This document shows, piece after piece, positions 12,476 through 24,020 of a stretch of 64,000 nucleotides of DNA. The notes beneath the pieces were generated by a model, which saw only the letters and a program-made list of their open reading frames with translations, made no database searches and was not told the DNA's origin. The stretch spans positions 1 through 64,000 of the forward strand of contig NW_021836138.1 in assembly GCF_006345805.1 (NCBI RefSeq), written 5' to 3'. The position numbers were made by a program, and so were the translations under genes. Position 1 is the first letter of the stretch. Each line of letters starts with the position of its first letter. This stretch comes from Octopus sinensis. Lineage: Eukaryota.

Positions 12476-13073
12476 ATAACATAAGGGGCATCAGCCATCT
12501 GAATGTGGCTAGGGACAGGGCGGGGTGGTGGGGGTGTTACTGATGCATTTAGCCCCAGGCGATCATCGACGTCACCAGGAGGGCTGACACCATCTCGGTG
12601 TCCTCTAGCCTGCAAAGGGAGATCATTCCCCAAAGATACGGACTACATACGGACCAGGTTCGAGGTAATTGCCTCTTATCAACGCATGGTAAGCACCGTT
12701 CTCCGACGAATGACTCTCTCTACAGGCCATATATATAAGGATTTTCACAGTAAACACAGTCACTGATGTAGAAAAACCGTTCGAAAACAATAATAAATCT
12801 CTAAACGAGATATAAACAGTAACTGCTCTATAACATAAGGGGCATCAGCCATCTGAATGTGGCTAGGGACAGGGCGGGGTGGTGGGGGTGTTACTGATGC
12901 ATTTAGCCCCAGGCGATCATCGACGTCACCAGGAGGGCTGACACCATCTCGGTGTCCTCTAGCCTGCAAAGGGAGATCATTCCCCGAAGATACGGATACT
13001 ACATACGGACCAGGTTTCGAGGTAATTGCCTCTTATCAACGCATGGTAAGCACCGTTCTCCGACGAATGACTC
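12476..13073 (+). repeat. 354-bp-period tandem unit (~1.7 copies; ~243 bp shared), GC-rich relative to flanks
   Basis: 12476-12719 is nearly identical to 12830-13073. The duplicated ORFs at 12503 and 12857 give the period. Confidence 0.9.
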
Positions 13074-13323
13074 TATATAAAGCTGAAGTTGTCTGGATAT
13101 ATGTATGTATGTGTGTGTGTGTGTATACGTATGCATGTGTAGAGACCTCTTTTCGCCCCACCTGAGTTTTGAAACTGAATGGGTAAATTTCCCCCTAACT
13201 ATAGAGCCTTATTGTTCTGTTGAGGAACAATGTTGTTTTATTCAACCGATGGCCTTGCCAACATTTCATTGATGTATTTTCCTCTTGACCCAGGTTGTAA
13301 AGGGTTTAAATAAATAATATAAG

Positions 13324-13430
13324 GGATCTTTACCCTTTGAACGGCAGATCGAGTAATAAATTTTTTGTAACTAAACACTTTCAACCTTCGGACACTAACC
13401 CTAACCCTAACCCTAACTAATGTGTCATAT
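13324..13430 (-). mobile_element. Truncated, internally deleted copy of the GGATCTTT-TIR MITE with (CCCTAA)n
   Basis: TIR GGATCTTTACCCTTTGAACGGCAG at 13324. GTAACTAAACACTTT matches the reverse complement of ~26515-26533. CTAACCCTAACCCTAACCCTAAC at 13395-13417. Confidence 0.7.
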
Positions 13431-13450
13431 AAAACATATTTTACTTTTAA

Positions 13451-13639
13451 TTTTACTCTTGACCACGGCCATGCTGGAGCATCGCCTTTAATCGAGCAAC
13501 TAGACCCCGGGACTTATTCTTTTTGTAAGCCCAGTACTTATTCTATCGGTCTCTTTTGCCGAACCGCTAAGTAACGGGGACATAAATATACCAGCATCGG
13601 TTGTCAAGCAATGCTAGGGGGACAAACACAGACACACAA

Positions 13640-13719
<80 letters not shown>

Positions 13720-13842
13720 CGGGCTTCTTTCAGTTTCCGTCTACCAAATCCACTCACAAGGCTTTGGTTGGCCCGAGGTTATAGTAGAAGACACTTGCCC
13801 AAGGTGCCAGACAGTGGGACTGAACCCGGAATCAGCCACTCC
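13451..13842 (-). mobile_element. CORE-type tRNA-derived SINE (abundant family) with central (CA)/(TA) microsatellite
   Basis: Matches the plus-strand copies at 51534, 52662 and 62486. It carries ACCTTGGGCAAGTGTCTT, which resembles the CORE domain (from recall). Confidence 0.9.
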
Positions 13843-14313
13843 AATATTTTTTTAACATCTGGCCTGTAAAACTTAATATTCTCTAAATATTTTATAAGTC
13901 ATCATACTATTTTCATCTTAGAAAAACAATGACCGAAGGAGTGAGAAGATTAGATTATTCATGAAGCGTCTTCATAAAAACAAAAACACAGAACTCCTTT
14001 GGCATCTTAAATAAATACAATATAAATTCCAATAAAAGTAAAAAGACCGGTTTTCTTTGACCAACTTTACTGACGTCAGCATTTGAATGGATTGCTACAG
14101 GGGTGTTTACAACTCTGTTTTATTACGATTAACTCATTTTATTGGGCCCTGAAAGATAAGACAAAAACCAGCCGAGCAGGATTTGAAATGATTATTGTAA
14201 AATAATGCAAATGTCGGCTTACCTATACATGTGTGCCCCTACCCGACCGACTTTGTTGCCTCACAACTTCCAGAAAAATGTAAATTTTTTTAATGAAATT
14301 TTCAAAAAATACC

Positions 14314-14543
14314 TATTTTTTATTACCCACAAGGGGCTACACACAGAGGGGACAAACAAGGACAGACATAGGTATTAAGTCGATTACATCGACCCCAGTG
14401 CGTAACTGGTACTTTATTTATCGACCCCGAGAGGATGAAAGGCAAAGTCGACCCCGGCGGAAATGAACTCAGAACGTAACGACAGACGAAATACCGCTAA
14501 GTATTTCGTCCGGCGCGCTAACGTTTCTGCCAGCTCGCCGCCT
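14314..14543 (-). mobile_element. tRNA-derived SINE (GGCGGCGAGCTGGCAGAAACGTTAG head) with a 16-bp TSD
   Basis: TSD ATTTTCAAAAAATACC at 14298-14313 and 14544-14559. Body GACTTTGCCTTTCATCC..GGGGTCGATAAAT is shared with about ten other copies in the window. Confidence 0.9.
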
Positions 14544-14557
14544 ATTTTCAAAAAATA

Positions 14558-15072
14558 CCGTTAATCCTCGAGTATAGTCTGCCCTTGAGTATAATACGCA
14601 GGGGATTTTTAGGGGGCTGTACCTCTGGAAAACCTAAACCTTGTGTATAATACGCACCCCTTCTCTAACTTCAGTCAAGGAGGTCTGTATAACGTCCTTG
14701 GTTTCTAAAAATGTATACGGTAACGTCCTTTATTATTATTATTGTATATATAACATAATGCAAACATGTAGCTTTTTTGTGCATTTTGTTTGCAGAAAAT
14801 AAAGAAATAACAGTAATAACGTTTAATAAATGTTGCTTATTGCAAGTTATGGATGATTCTTTTATGACTTCATTGCTTTCAGGCTTAGCTTAAGGTATTT
14901 TCGAGCCCGACATCACAAAATGCCTCTGAATAAACATTGCCTGACAGCAAATAGAGACTTGGACATTGCTTAGAAAATAATTTCCATTTTTAACCTCATA
15001 TATAGTACGCACTAGGGATTTTGACCTTTAAATTTTGGGAAAATAATGCGGATTATACTTGAGGATTTACGG
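14558..15072 (-). mobile_element. Tc1/mariner-superfamily (pogo/Tigger-like) MITE, copy 1
   Basis: TIRs CCGTTAATCCTCGAGTATAG and TATACTTGAGGATTTACGG; TA on both flanks (14556-57, 15073-74). Confidence 0.85.
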
Positions 15073-15989
15073 TATGTTTTAGATGGTTTATATTCCGCTT
15101 ATGTAGGAATTTAATATTTAAAAAAATTCTGTGGTTAGGAAGAGAGGTTTCGGGAAATTCACATGAGTTGACTTTGTTTCCTCATAACTTGGGTATTTTT
15201 TAATGAAATTTGCTACAAATACTTTTCAGAATGTATATATTCAGATTATATTGGAATTTGATGTCAAAAGGAAAATAGTGGCACACATCACAATTTCTTT
15301 CGAAATCTCAAGTTTCATTTTGTACATATATATGATATCCATTAGTACATATGTGCATAAAAGCCCACCATTTTTGTATTTTCTTTTGTCATATTAAAAC
15401 CCCAGCTTTTTCAATAGCCGCTCATGAAAAAGTGAAAGTCATTTCTTGATTCTTGATTTCAGCAACTATTTTCGGAAAAAAATTTTGCCCCCTACCCCTC
15501 CACCTCCAATTTCTTCATTTCTCGCTTGTTTCCGTAAATCTAATCCTAAATCCCAACCCTAACCCTAAAACCCAAAACCTAAACCTGATGATAGTAGTAG
15601 TAGCATTGATTATGTTAGGATGTCTCATGGATGGTAGCGTTGGTGTGTGTGTGTGTGTGTGTGTATGTATGGATCAAAACAGTTTGATTCAAATTCTGTG
15701 GTTCTTATATATCATACATACATATACATGTAGAAGTATATAACATATATATTGTATGTAACATCTTTTATATATATATAATGTATGCATCTATAATACA
15801 CACACATTATGAGTATATACACATATATGCATAGGCATTAGAATATGTGTGTATATATATATGCATATGTTTGTATACATGTGTGTGTAGCTATTTAGGA
15901 TCTACACAAATTTTATATATACTCCAAGAAGTTTATGATAAGCGGAGATGTTTACATTTTTAGTTAGCTATTTACATGTTTACGTTAAC

Positions 15990-16240
15990 TACGTCACAAA
16001 ATAGCTGTTTACGTCACAGTAACAATATTTTGAGAGAGAGGAAAGTAAATAATATGAGGTCGAAAGAAAGAATACCATTGGTTAAAATTCGAATTATTAA
16101 ACAACGTTAAACTTAGAAATTACAATTCCGTTTTCATTTTGGTTTACAATTATGTTTTCTTTTGACACATTCTACCAGTATACGAAGTTTCAAATTGTTT
16201 AGTTAACTAGGAAAATCTGGCCTTCAAACTGAAAAGATCC
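15990..16240 (+). mobile_element. Right end of the GGATCTTT-TIR MITE family
   Basis: CATTCTACCAGTATACGAAGTTT..TGTTTAGTTA..CCTTCAAACTGAAAAGATCC matches 26494-26576. The left end was not found. Confidence 0.65.
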
Positions 16241-16524
16241 AAGGTCGCTTACGTTTAGTATAAATAATACGATATAATATTACAATATTAATAATAATTA
16301 TTTTAAAGAAACAATTTAAACTGTTTGGTTTCAAGTTTTTGAAAATATTACTTCGTTTATACTTTCGTATTTCATGATCCTTGATACATTCGTATTGCAG
16401 GATTCTTGATGTGAAAACGTGTATTGAAACAAGTCTTTGTATTTCAGGAGAGTCGTTTTACCGATAAAAAATACACGTAGCGTTCTGGTTCACTTCTTTT
16501 ATTATTATCCATTAATTAAAGGCA

Positions 16525-16693
16525 GCAAGCTGGCAGAATCATTTGCGCGCGTCAAGCATTTTTGTGTCTTTATGCTCAAATGCCGCCGAGGTCAACTTTG
16601 CCGTTCACCCTTTCGGGGTTGATAAAATAAATAGCAGTCAGGTGCTGGGATCGATGTAATCGATTAGCCCACTTGCCCAATATTTCAGGCCTT
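16525..16693 (+). mobile_element. tRNA-derived SINE (same family as 14314), interrupted by a younger SINE
   Basis: AGGCAGCAAGCTGGCAGAATC..GTCAACTTTGCC..GGGGTTGATAAAATA. Confidence 0.75.
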
Positions 16694-17079
16694 GGAAGCA
16701 CTCCGTCGGTTACGACGACGAGGGTTCCGGTTGTTCCGAATCAACGGAACAGTCTGCTCGTGAAATTAACGTGTAAGTGGCTGAGCACTCCACAGACACG
16801 TGTACCCTTAACGTAGTTCTCGGGGATATTCAGCATGACACAGAGAGTGACAAGGCCGGCCCTTTGAAAATACAGGTACAACAGAAACAAGAAGTAAGAG
16901 TGAGAGAAAGTTGTGGTGAAAGAGTACAGCAGGGATCATCACCATCCCCTTCCAGATCCTCGTGGAGCTCTTAGGTGTTTTCGCTCAATAAACACTCACA
17001 ACGCCCGGTCTGGGAATCGAAACTGCGATCCTATGACCGCGAGTCCGCTGCCCTAACCACTGGGCCATTGCGCCTCCAC
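16694..17079 (-). mobile_element. Full-length tRNA-derived SINE (GGAGGCGCAATGGCCCAGTGG head) with a 12-bp TSD
   Basis: TSD ATTTCAGGCCTT at 16682-16693 and 17080-17091; A/B-box tRNA-like head. Confidence 0.9.
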
Positions 17080-17692
17080 ATTTCAGGCCTTATGCATATA
17101 GTGGAAAGGGTTACTTTCTAATTATTAACCAATTAACCGATAAATTAATCGATAGGTTCGTTAACCATTCGATCAATCATTTACCTCGTTTGTCAGAATC
17201 TCTTCGTAGCCATTTGTGACGTCATCAACGACATGCTCTCGTTACTTCACGTCTATCTCGTTGCCTCCGAGCTTTTGTTACTGTGATTATACTTTGGGGG
17301 TGTATGAGAGTGAGTGCGTGCGTGTGTGTGTGATTGTGTGAGTGTGTATTGTGGTGAGTCTGTGAAGGGCATATGTGTGTCGGGTGTGTTTTTTTAATGT
17401 TTGTGTGAACAGTTGTTGTGTGCGTAGACGTACGTGTGGCTACGCACGTATGTGTACCCATATGTGTGAATAAGAGTATAAGATTCTTCTTGTCGCTCTT
17501 TATTTTACGACAGTCTTAACCTTTTTCTTATAATTCATAATAAGGGAAGGAATTTTTAAAAAATAAATGAACACAAAAAAAGTTTAAAAGAATCATTCCA
17601 GAATACACATAAATTGGGTAGGAGAAAATTTGACTCCGTCGACTGCGGTCCTGATTGATACTTTGTCCCTCGATCTCATATTTAGATATATA

Positions 17693-18214
17693 CCGTAAAT
17701 CCTCGAGTATAATCCGCATTTTTTCCCCAAAATTTAAAGGTCAAAATCCCTTGTGCGTATTATATACGAGGTTAAAAATGATAAATATTTTCTAAGCAAT
17801 GTCCGAGTCTCTATTTGCTGTCCGGCAATGTTTATCCAGACGCATTTTGTGATGTCAAGCGCGAAAATACCTTAAGCTAAGCCTGAAAGCAATGAAGTCA
17901 TAAAAGAATCATCCATAACTTGCAGTAAGCAACAGTTATTAAAATAAAGGTATTCAGAACACAAAATAACATGTAACAAAAACAATTTGCAAACATATTT
18001 ACATTCCCATATAACAGTTAAGAACATCCCCATTATTGTATTACGTATGAGCGGAAGTGTTTGTTCTCCTAGGTGCTGCTGGCTTAATTACGCACGACTC
18101 AAGTTAGAGAAGGGATGCGTATTATACACAAGATTTAGGTTTTTCAGAGGTACAGCCCCCTAAAAATCCCCTGCGTATTATACTCAAGGGCGGACTATAC
18201 TCGAGGATTTACGA
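17693..18214 (+). mobile_element. pogo/Tigger-like MITE, copy 2 (inverted relative to copy 1)
   Basis: TIR CCGTAAATCCTCGAGTATAATCCGC and GCGGACTATACTCGAGGATTTACGA; TA flanks. The internal sequence is largely the reverse complement of 14558-15072. Confidence 0.85.
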
Positions 18215-19261
18215 TATGCAAATTAACATACATACATACATACACACAAAGCCTCTTTCCCTTTTTCTATATACCTCCCTAAAGTTTACCTAACTACTCA
18301 GTTTATCTACAAGCAAATCAGTGCATGAAAATAACTTTCTCCGCTACTCTGTAGTTCCCCAGCAGATGCTCATATCCGATACAACTTTTAACAATAAACA
18401 CGAGAAGATTCGAAAACAGCAGCTAGTTTCCCACTCGTCTCTTTTGTTAAAACAATTTATTTATTTTATGCTAATATATTATTGGCTGAAAAATAAATTC
18501 TGCTTACTTGTTGACCTGGCCGATGAAATTTACATATTTTCAGCGAACGTACTGAGAATAAAATGACTATGACTTCGTTTGTGTGTGTAATATCAAATTT
18601 TGACGAATTTTTTGTTTACAATTTTTTTTTATTTTTTATACCACCATGTTCACTCTAACTGAATTTTACCTGCATATTTATACAGGCGCAGGAATGGCTG
18701 TGTGTTAAGAAGTTTGCTTCACAGATACGTTCTATTTAGTCCGATTCCATTGTGTGACATTTTAGGCAAGCGCTTTCTTCTAAAACCTTACGTTGACCAA
18801 TGTGCGTGTGTGTGTATGTATATATATATATATAACTCTAAGAAACTTAGAGGTTGTGAATCCAACCCACCAAGGGATAATATCTATCCAATATACTGCT
18901 GGTAGAATACCCAATTATTAATACACAAATGTTTTTTATTTGCATTGCAATTACATTACCTAGTGTACTAAATGGTTGAAGGTAAAGAGATATCTTACCA
19001 TTAATTTATAATATAATGTCTAAAAGTTGACGAACCGCCTATTGTTCTCCTCCATTTTCTTATTGCTATATATATATATATATATATATAATAATATTAG
19101 GGAATAATCCAAATTTACAGGGAAAAAATCAGATTTAAGATTAAATCCAATTTTATAGTAAAAATTATAAAATATATTAGAGACAAAACCAACTATTTTG
19201 CAAAACAACAAGGAAAGACTTAATCAATACATAAAATTTTAATAAATAGTCAAAAAAACCG

Positions 19262-19306
19262 CCACTACAATTGTTTCTTGTCTTGATCGACAAATCTTTC
19301 AGGTGG
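19262..19306 (-). ncRNA. Hammerhead ribozyme, mirror copy of 23817-23859 with two extra homopolymer bases
   Basis: Minus strand: CCAC CTGAAAGA TTTGTC GATCAA GACAA GAAAC AATT GTA GTGG. Confidence 0.65.
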
Positions 19307-22300
19307 ACTTCCAATCTAAAATATCAATATTTTAAAATATAAAAATATAATTTTAAAATAATTAATTGAATGAAAAAATATAAAAAAAATATAATCCATA
19401 TATAATCAATATATAAACAATATATAAACTAAAATAAACCTATCAACAATTAAATATAAAATATAAAATATAAAATATAAAATATAAAACAAAACAAAAA
19501 TAATATAATATAATATAAACTATATATACACCCATACACATATACCTAATTATATATAACCATATCTAACTACATACACTAAATCACACCTCTATATATA
19601 TATCCCTATACATACACATAAAACCGTCTAGGCAACTATAAATAAATAAAATAGCTAAATACTTCAACACAATACTTATTCATACTCCCACACACACACA
19701 CATACAACCCACATTCACGCTCTAGAAAACGGACATCACTTAAAATTATGAACGGAGAAATGGAATAAATGGAATTGAAATTATATTCACTTGGTAAAAC
19801 GAACACTACTTAAAAATTATGAAAAATGAAACAATGCAAATAAAAAACAACAGACATCGCAAATAGACACAAATTACTACGAATTCCTTGAAACAAACCT
19901 ACAATGATAAACAAAACTCATAGAAACATATAATGATATAAATCTCCCTTTACTAAACTCTATAACATACCTATATAGCAATCCCCCTAACCTAAAACAT
20001 TCACATACAAATACACACACGTAAACCACACACCCACGACATAACAAATACCCACACCACTTACACATACATATACATACATATAAACTCAACATATACT
20101 CCAAAAACCCACTCAACCCCACACAGACAAATAAACACAAAAATATGAATGGATTCTTTTATAAAACTACCATGATAGCTAAAACTCACAAAAATAAATG
20201 ATAAAACCTCCCTTTACTAAACACTATAACATACTTATATAGCAATCCCTTAAAACTATACATTCACACACAAATACACACACGAAACCACACACCCATA
20301 ACAAATACAAACACCCACCCCACTCACACACACACAAGTACATATAAGCCCAACAAACAAAATTACTTTACCAAGGAGGAACTTAACATATTATAAAAAG
20401 TATAACCGCTCTGGAAACGAACATCTTTTAAAATAATGAATGGAGAAATGGAATAATGGAATTAAAAATAATATTCACGTGGCAAAACGAACACCACTCA
20501 AAAATTATGAATGAAACATGTATAAACCTCAATATACACCAAAAACCCACTCCCTCCCCACAGACAAATTAACACATACATCCCCAAAACCTAAATAACA
20601 AACCCATATACACATTCACACATAAACACACACGCAAAACACAACAACACACAAACAGATACATATACTCCCTCACATATACGCATATACATACTCACTA
20701 AACTCGATATATACAAACAATATTTACACACCCACACTCATACAGATAAATAAATATACAACTAAAAACTCACACACAATCTCATATACATAAAACACTC
20801 CAATAAAAAACAACATTAAATACATCGTAATTAACCAGAATATCAAAAATAACAATATGACATAAGGAAGAAATAAAATACATACTTACAAGTCAGTTTC
20901 AAATATATGAAGTGAAATTAAATTCTAGCCGTTAAAAAAACCAACCCCAAAATTACGTTACCATAGAAATATAACTTATGTAAAAAAAGAATACGCGCCA
21001 TGGAAAGTAAACGTCATTTAAAATATGAATGGAGGAAATAGATTAAATGGAACTAAAAAACATATATCCACTTGGCAAACCAACACTACTTAAAAAAAAA
21101 AAAATTTATATGAATGGATTCTTTAATTAAACTACCATAATAAATTATTATATACAATTATGAGCTTTAGCTCATCTTAGCAGCTCTAACAAACAACTTG
21201 CAGTAACCCAAATCTATTCTCGATACCTGCCTTACTACTACACTATTCCTTCCCAATTCCGAGCAACGCTAGCCCACCACCCGGTTACAATTCCCAACTC
21301 CACCCATTCATTCACAATTTCAACGACGTTCAACTCCACAGCGCTACATATAAGCCTCAACATTACACCGGAGATTCGCTTTCAATCCGTGCGGATGGGT
21401 GAGAGTATACATTGAGGTAGGGATGGGGCTCCCATTACTATACACATTTGTACCTGTGTGTAGTCTCCACATGTGTATATTCACGCACGGGTATAAATGC
21501 AGGGGGTACACGCGCACGGCATGTACGTGTACCCCCTCACTGTACATATGCATGCTAGTTGGGCTCGATATGTGCAACAATGTAATCGCGCCCGATACAT
21601 GCATATGGGCGAGTTGAACAATCAAAATACGCACACGTGGTTGTGTGCGTTCCCGGTTGTGCAATTCACCCATCTGGGTGTGAGTGGGTGTAAGCGTATT
21701 GCTGTGGATGTCGAGCTTGATACGTATGTATATGAGTGTGTATTGGGGGTTGTACGTATTTATTGTGTGCATGTGCTTCACGCACGTGCGTCCATGTATG
21801 GATGAATATATTGGGATTGCTATGGGGTGTAAATTGGGTATAGAGGGGGAATTTTGTCATTGTATGGGTGTAGTTTCATTTGTGATGGGGTTTGTTGGTG
21901 ATTTTTAATATGTTCTGTATATTTGGGTTAGTTATGTATTATTCTAGTGTGTATAATTGTATACATATGATTGGTGTGAGTGGGATTACGCCCATTTTTG
22001 GGGATGTATGTGTTATTTGTCCGTATAGGGCGGGAGTGGCCGTTTGGGTATATGTTGAGGCTCACATGCAATTCCAGGTACGCGCGAATGAAGTGGGCAC
22101 TTTATTTGTTATGGGTGTGTACTTTATTATAACAGACAATACCCAAATAAAATCTGTCAATTCAACATACCAAATAAAAAACAAAAAACAAAGGGATCGT
22201 AAACATTCACACATACATACAAAACTCAAAAAAAACCACTAAATAACACCCATCAACATATAAATATATCCTCCAAAATACATATAACAAATGCATAATA

Positions 22301-22544
22301 AAAATACATAATAAAATAAATAAAAATAAAAAAATATATAAATAAAGAAAAAAAAAAAAATCTAATATAAATTTAAAGTTTTAACATACCATAAACTGTT
22401 ATATTAATATACATAAAAATGAACTAATTAAAACAAAGAAATATCAATAAAGACTAACTATAATTAAAGCCTAGACTACATAACCAAAAATATATATATC
22501 TAAATAATTTAAACTAAACTAAAGTAACCTAATAGGGGAACTAT

Positions 22545-23335
22545 ATTGCTATTTATCATGAAAATTATTATATAGGTAAAGTAACTTATGTCTGCATTTT
22601 ATTTTGCGCTCTTCACCAGTATTAAGTAAATATCATACTTATAAAAAATTTCTTTAAACTCATTAGAGCATAAATAACAACAATTAGCTCCTATAGTATA
22701 TGATTTAGTTTTACAAATTATTTCCCAATTAAACTATAATTAATATTAGTGATTTAAGACTCCAAATGTATTACTAAGTCCGGTTGAGTTGATTAAGTTT
22801 TTATTTTAAAAGAATTATATGTTGTGCGATTCTTAGTTTATTTTTGAGGAAGTAGAACCTATATAAACCGCTTTTGGGTAATTATTATTCTTAAAGTAAT
22901 TATCATGTAATGTAACTATACATTTATACACTACATCGTTAATATCACAATTATTATTTAATATACAATTAGATTATCTACATGTACAATTAATAAGAAA
23001 GTCTATCATTATTAATATTATATCAAATAATTTCTTTTTTAAAAATTATTCAGTTTATATTATTAAATGAAGAAATAATGTTACCAACATTATTAGTGGT
23101 AGAATAACCAACTCCAAAATTATTAAAAGAGAAAATGTTTCTATATTTACAATTATCTCTAATAAATAGTTCTATAACATCTAAAATCTCTTTAATAATA
23201 TTCGTTTTTACTTGATCTCCATAAGGAACTATTAACCATATTTTATTCTTAAAAACCTTATTATTATATCATTATTATAAATATTTATAATTCTTTATTT
23301 TATTAAAATTATTATAAAAATTATATCTATGTACA
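22545..23335 (-). pseudogene. PLE ORF C-terminus: RT-thumb/linker plus GIY-YIG endonuclease (Neptune-like layout), frameshifted and 5'-truncated
   Basis: Manual translation across frames: KIWLIVPYGDQVKTNIIKEIL..IFSFNNFGVGYSTTNNVGNIISSFNN (WFNPPY-like linker); CTC..NCILNNNCDINDVVYKC (VVYK ~22923-22934); AVYIGST (YIG 22857-22865); NSTGLS.YIWSLK; WEIICKTKSYTIGANCCYLC; EERKIKCRHK. Confidence 0.85.
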
Positions 23336-23816
23336 GCATTCCATTTCTCCGTTCATAATTTTAAGTGATGTCCGTTTTCTAGAGCGTGAATGTGGGTTGT
23401 ATGTGTGTGTGGTGTGGGAGTATGAATAAGTATTGTTGAAGTATTTAGCTATTTTATTTATTTATAGTTGCCTAGACGTTTTATGTGTATGTATAGGGAT
23501 ATATATATAGGGGTGTGATTTAGTGTATGTAGTTAGATATATGGATATATTAATTAGGTATATGTGTATGGGTGTATATATAGTTTATTATTATATATTA
23601 TTTTTTTGTTTTTTGTTTTATATTTTATATTTTATTTTATATTTTATATTTAATTGTTGATAGGTTTATTTTAGTTTATATATTGTTTATATATGATTAT
23701 ATATAGGATTATATATAGGTTATATATGGATTATATTTTATATTTTTTCATTCATACTTAATTATTTAAAATTATTATTTTTATATTTTAAAATATTGAT
23801 ATTTTAGATTGGAAGT

Positions 23817-23859
23817 CCACCTGAAGATTGTCGATCAAGACAAGAAACAATTGTAGTGG
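23817..23859 (+). ncRNA. Minimal type I hammerhead ribozyme (PLE-type)
   Basis: Stem I CCAC/GTGG; core CTGAAGA; stem II TTGTC-GATCAA-GACAA; GAAA; stem III AC-AATT-GT (palindrome ACAATTGT); GUA triplet, predicted cleavage after 23855. Confidence 0.85.
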
Positions 23860-23956
23860 CGGTTTTTGACTATTATTAAAATTTTATGTATTGATTAAGT
23901 CTTTCCTTGTTTGTTTGCAAAATAGTGGTTTGTTGTCTCTAATAATATTTTATATA

Positions 23957-24019
<63 letters not shown>

Positions 24020-24020
<1 letters not shown>

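Larger units (their letters stand above)
6280..12478 (-). mobile_element. Helitron element, approximate extent
   Basis: Contains the Rep/helicase gene. The minus strand at ~12478 reads (TA)nAAAACTGAAATG, resembling Helitron 5' ends, but the terminal TC is not seen. I could not identify a 3' hairpin plus CTRR terminus. Confidence 0.55.
19075..23960. mobile_element. Complex Penelope-like retroelement locus with outer inverted arms (~19170-19770 and ~23340-23950) and internal tandem and inverted partial copies
   Basis: The arms are reverse complements and both carry the hammerhead. The block AAAATTATGAACGGAGAAATGGAAT recurs at ~19742, ~20432 and ~21022. Orientation switches occur near 21650, 22130 and 23340. 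Confidence 0.85.

Noticed and set aside
19075-23960. Mitochondrial insertion (NUMT), suggested by strong strand skew and AT richness
   Set aside because: No mitochondrial gene motifs were seen; GIY-YIG and hammerhead motifs identify a PLE.
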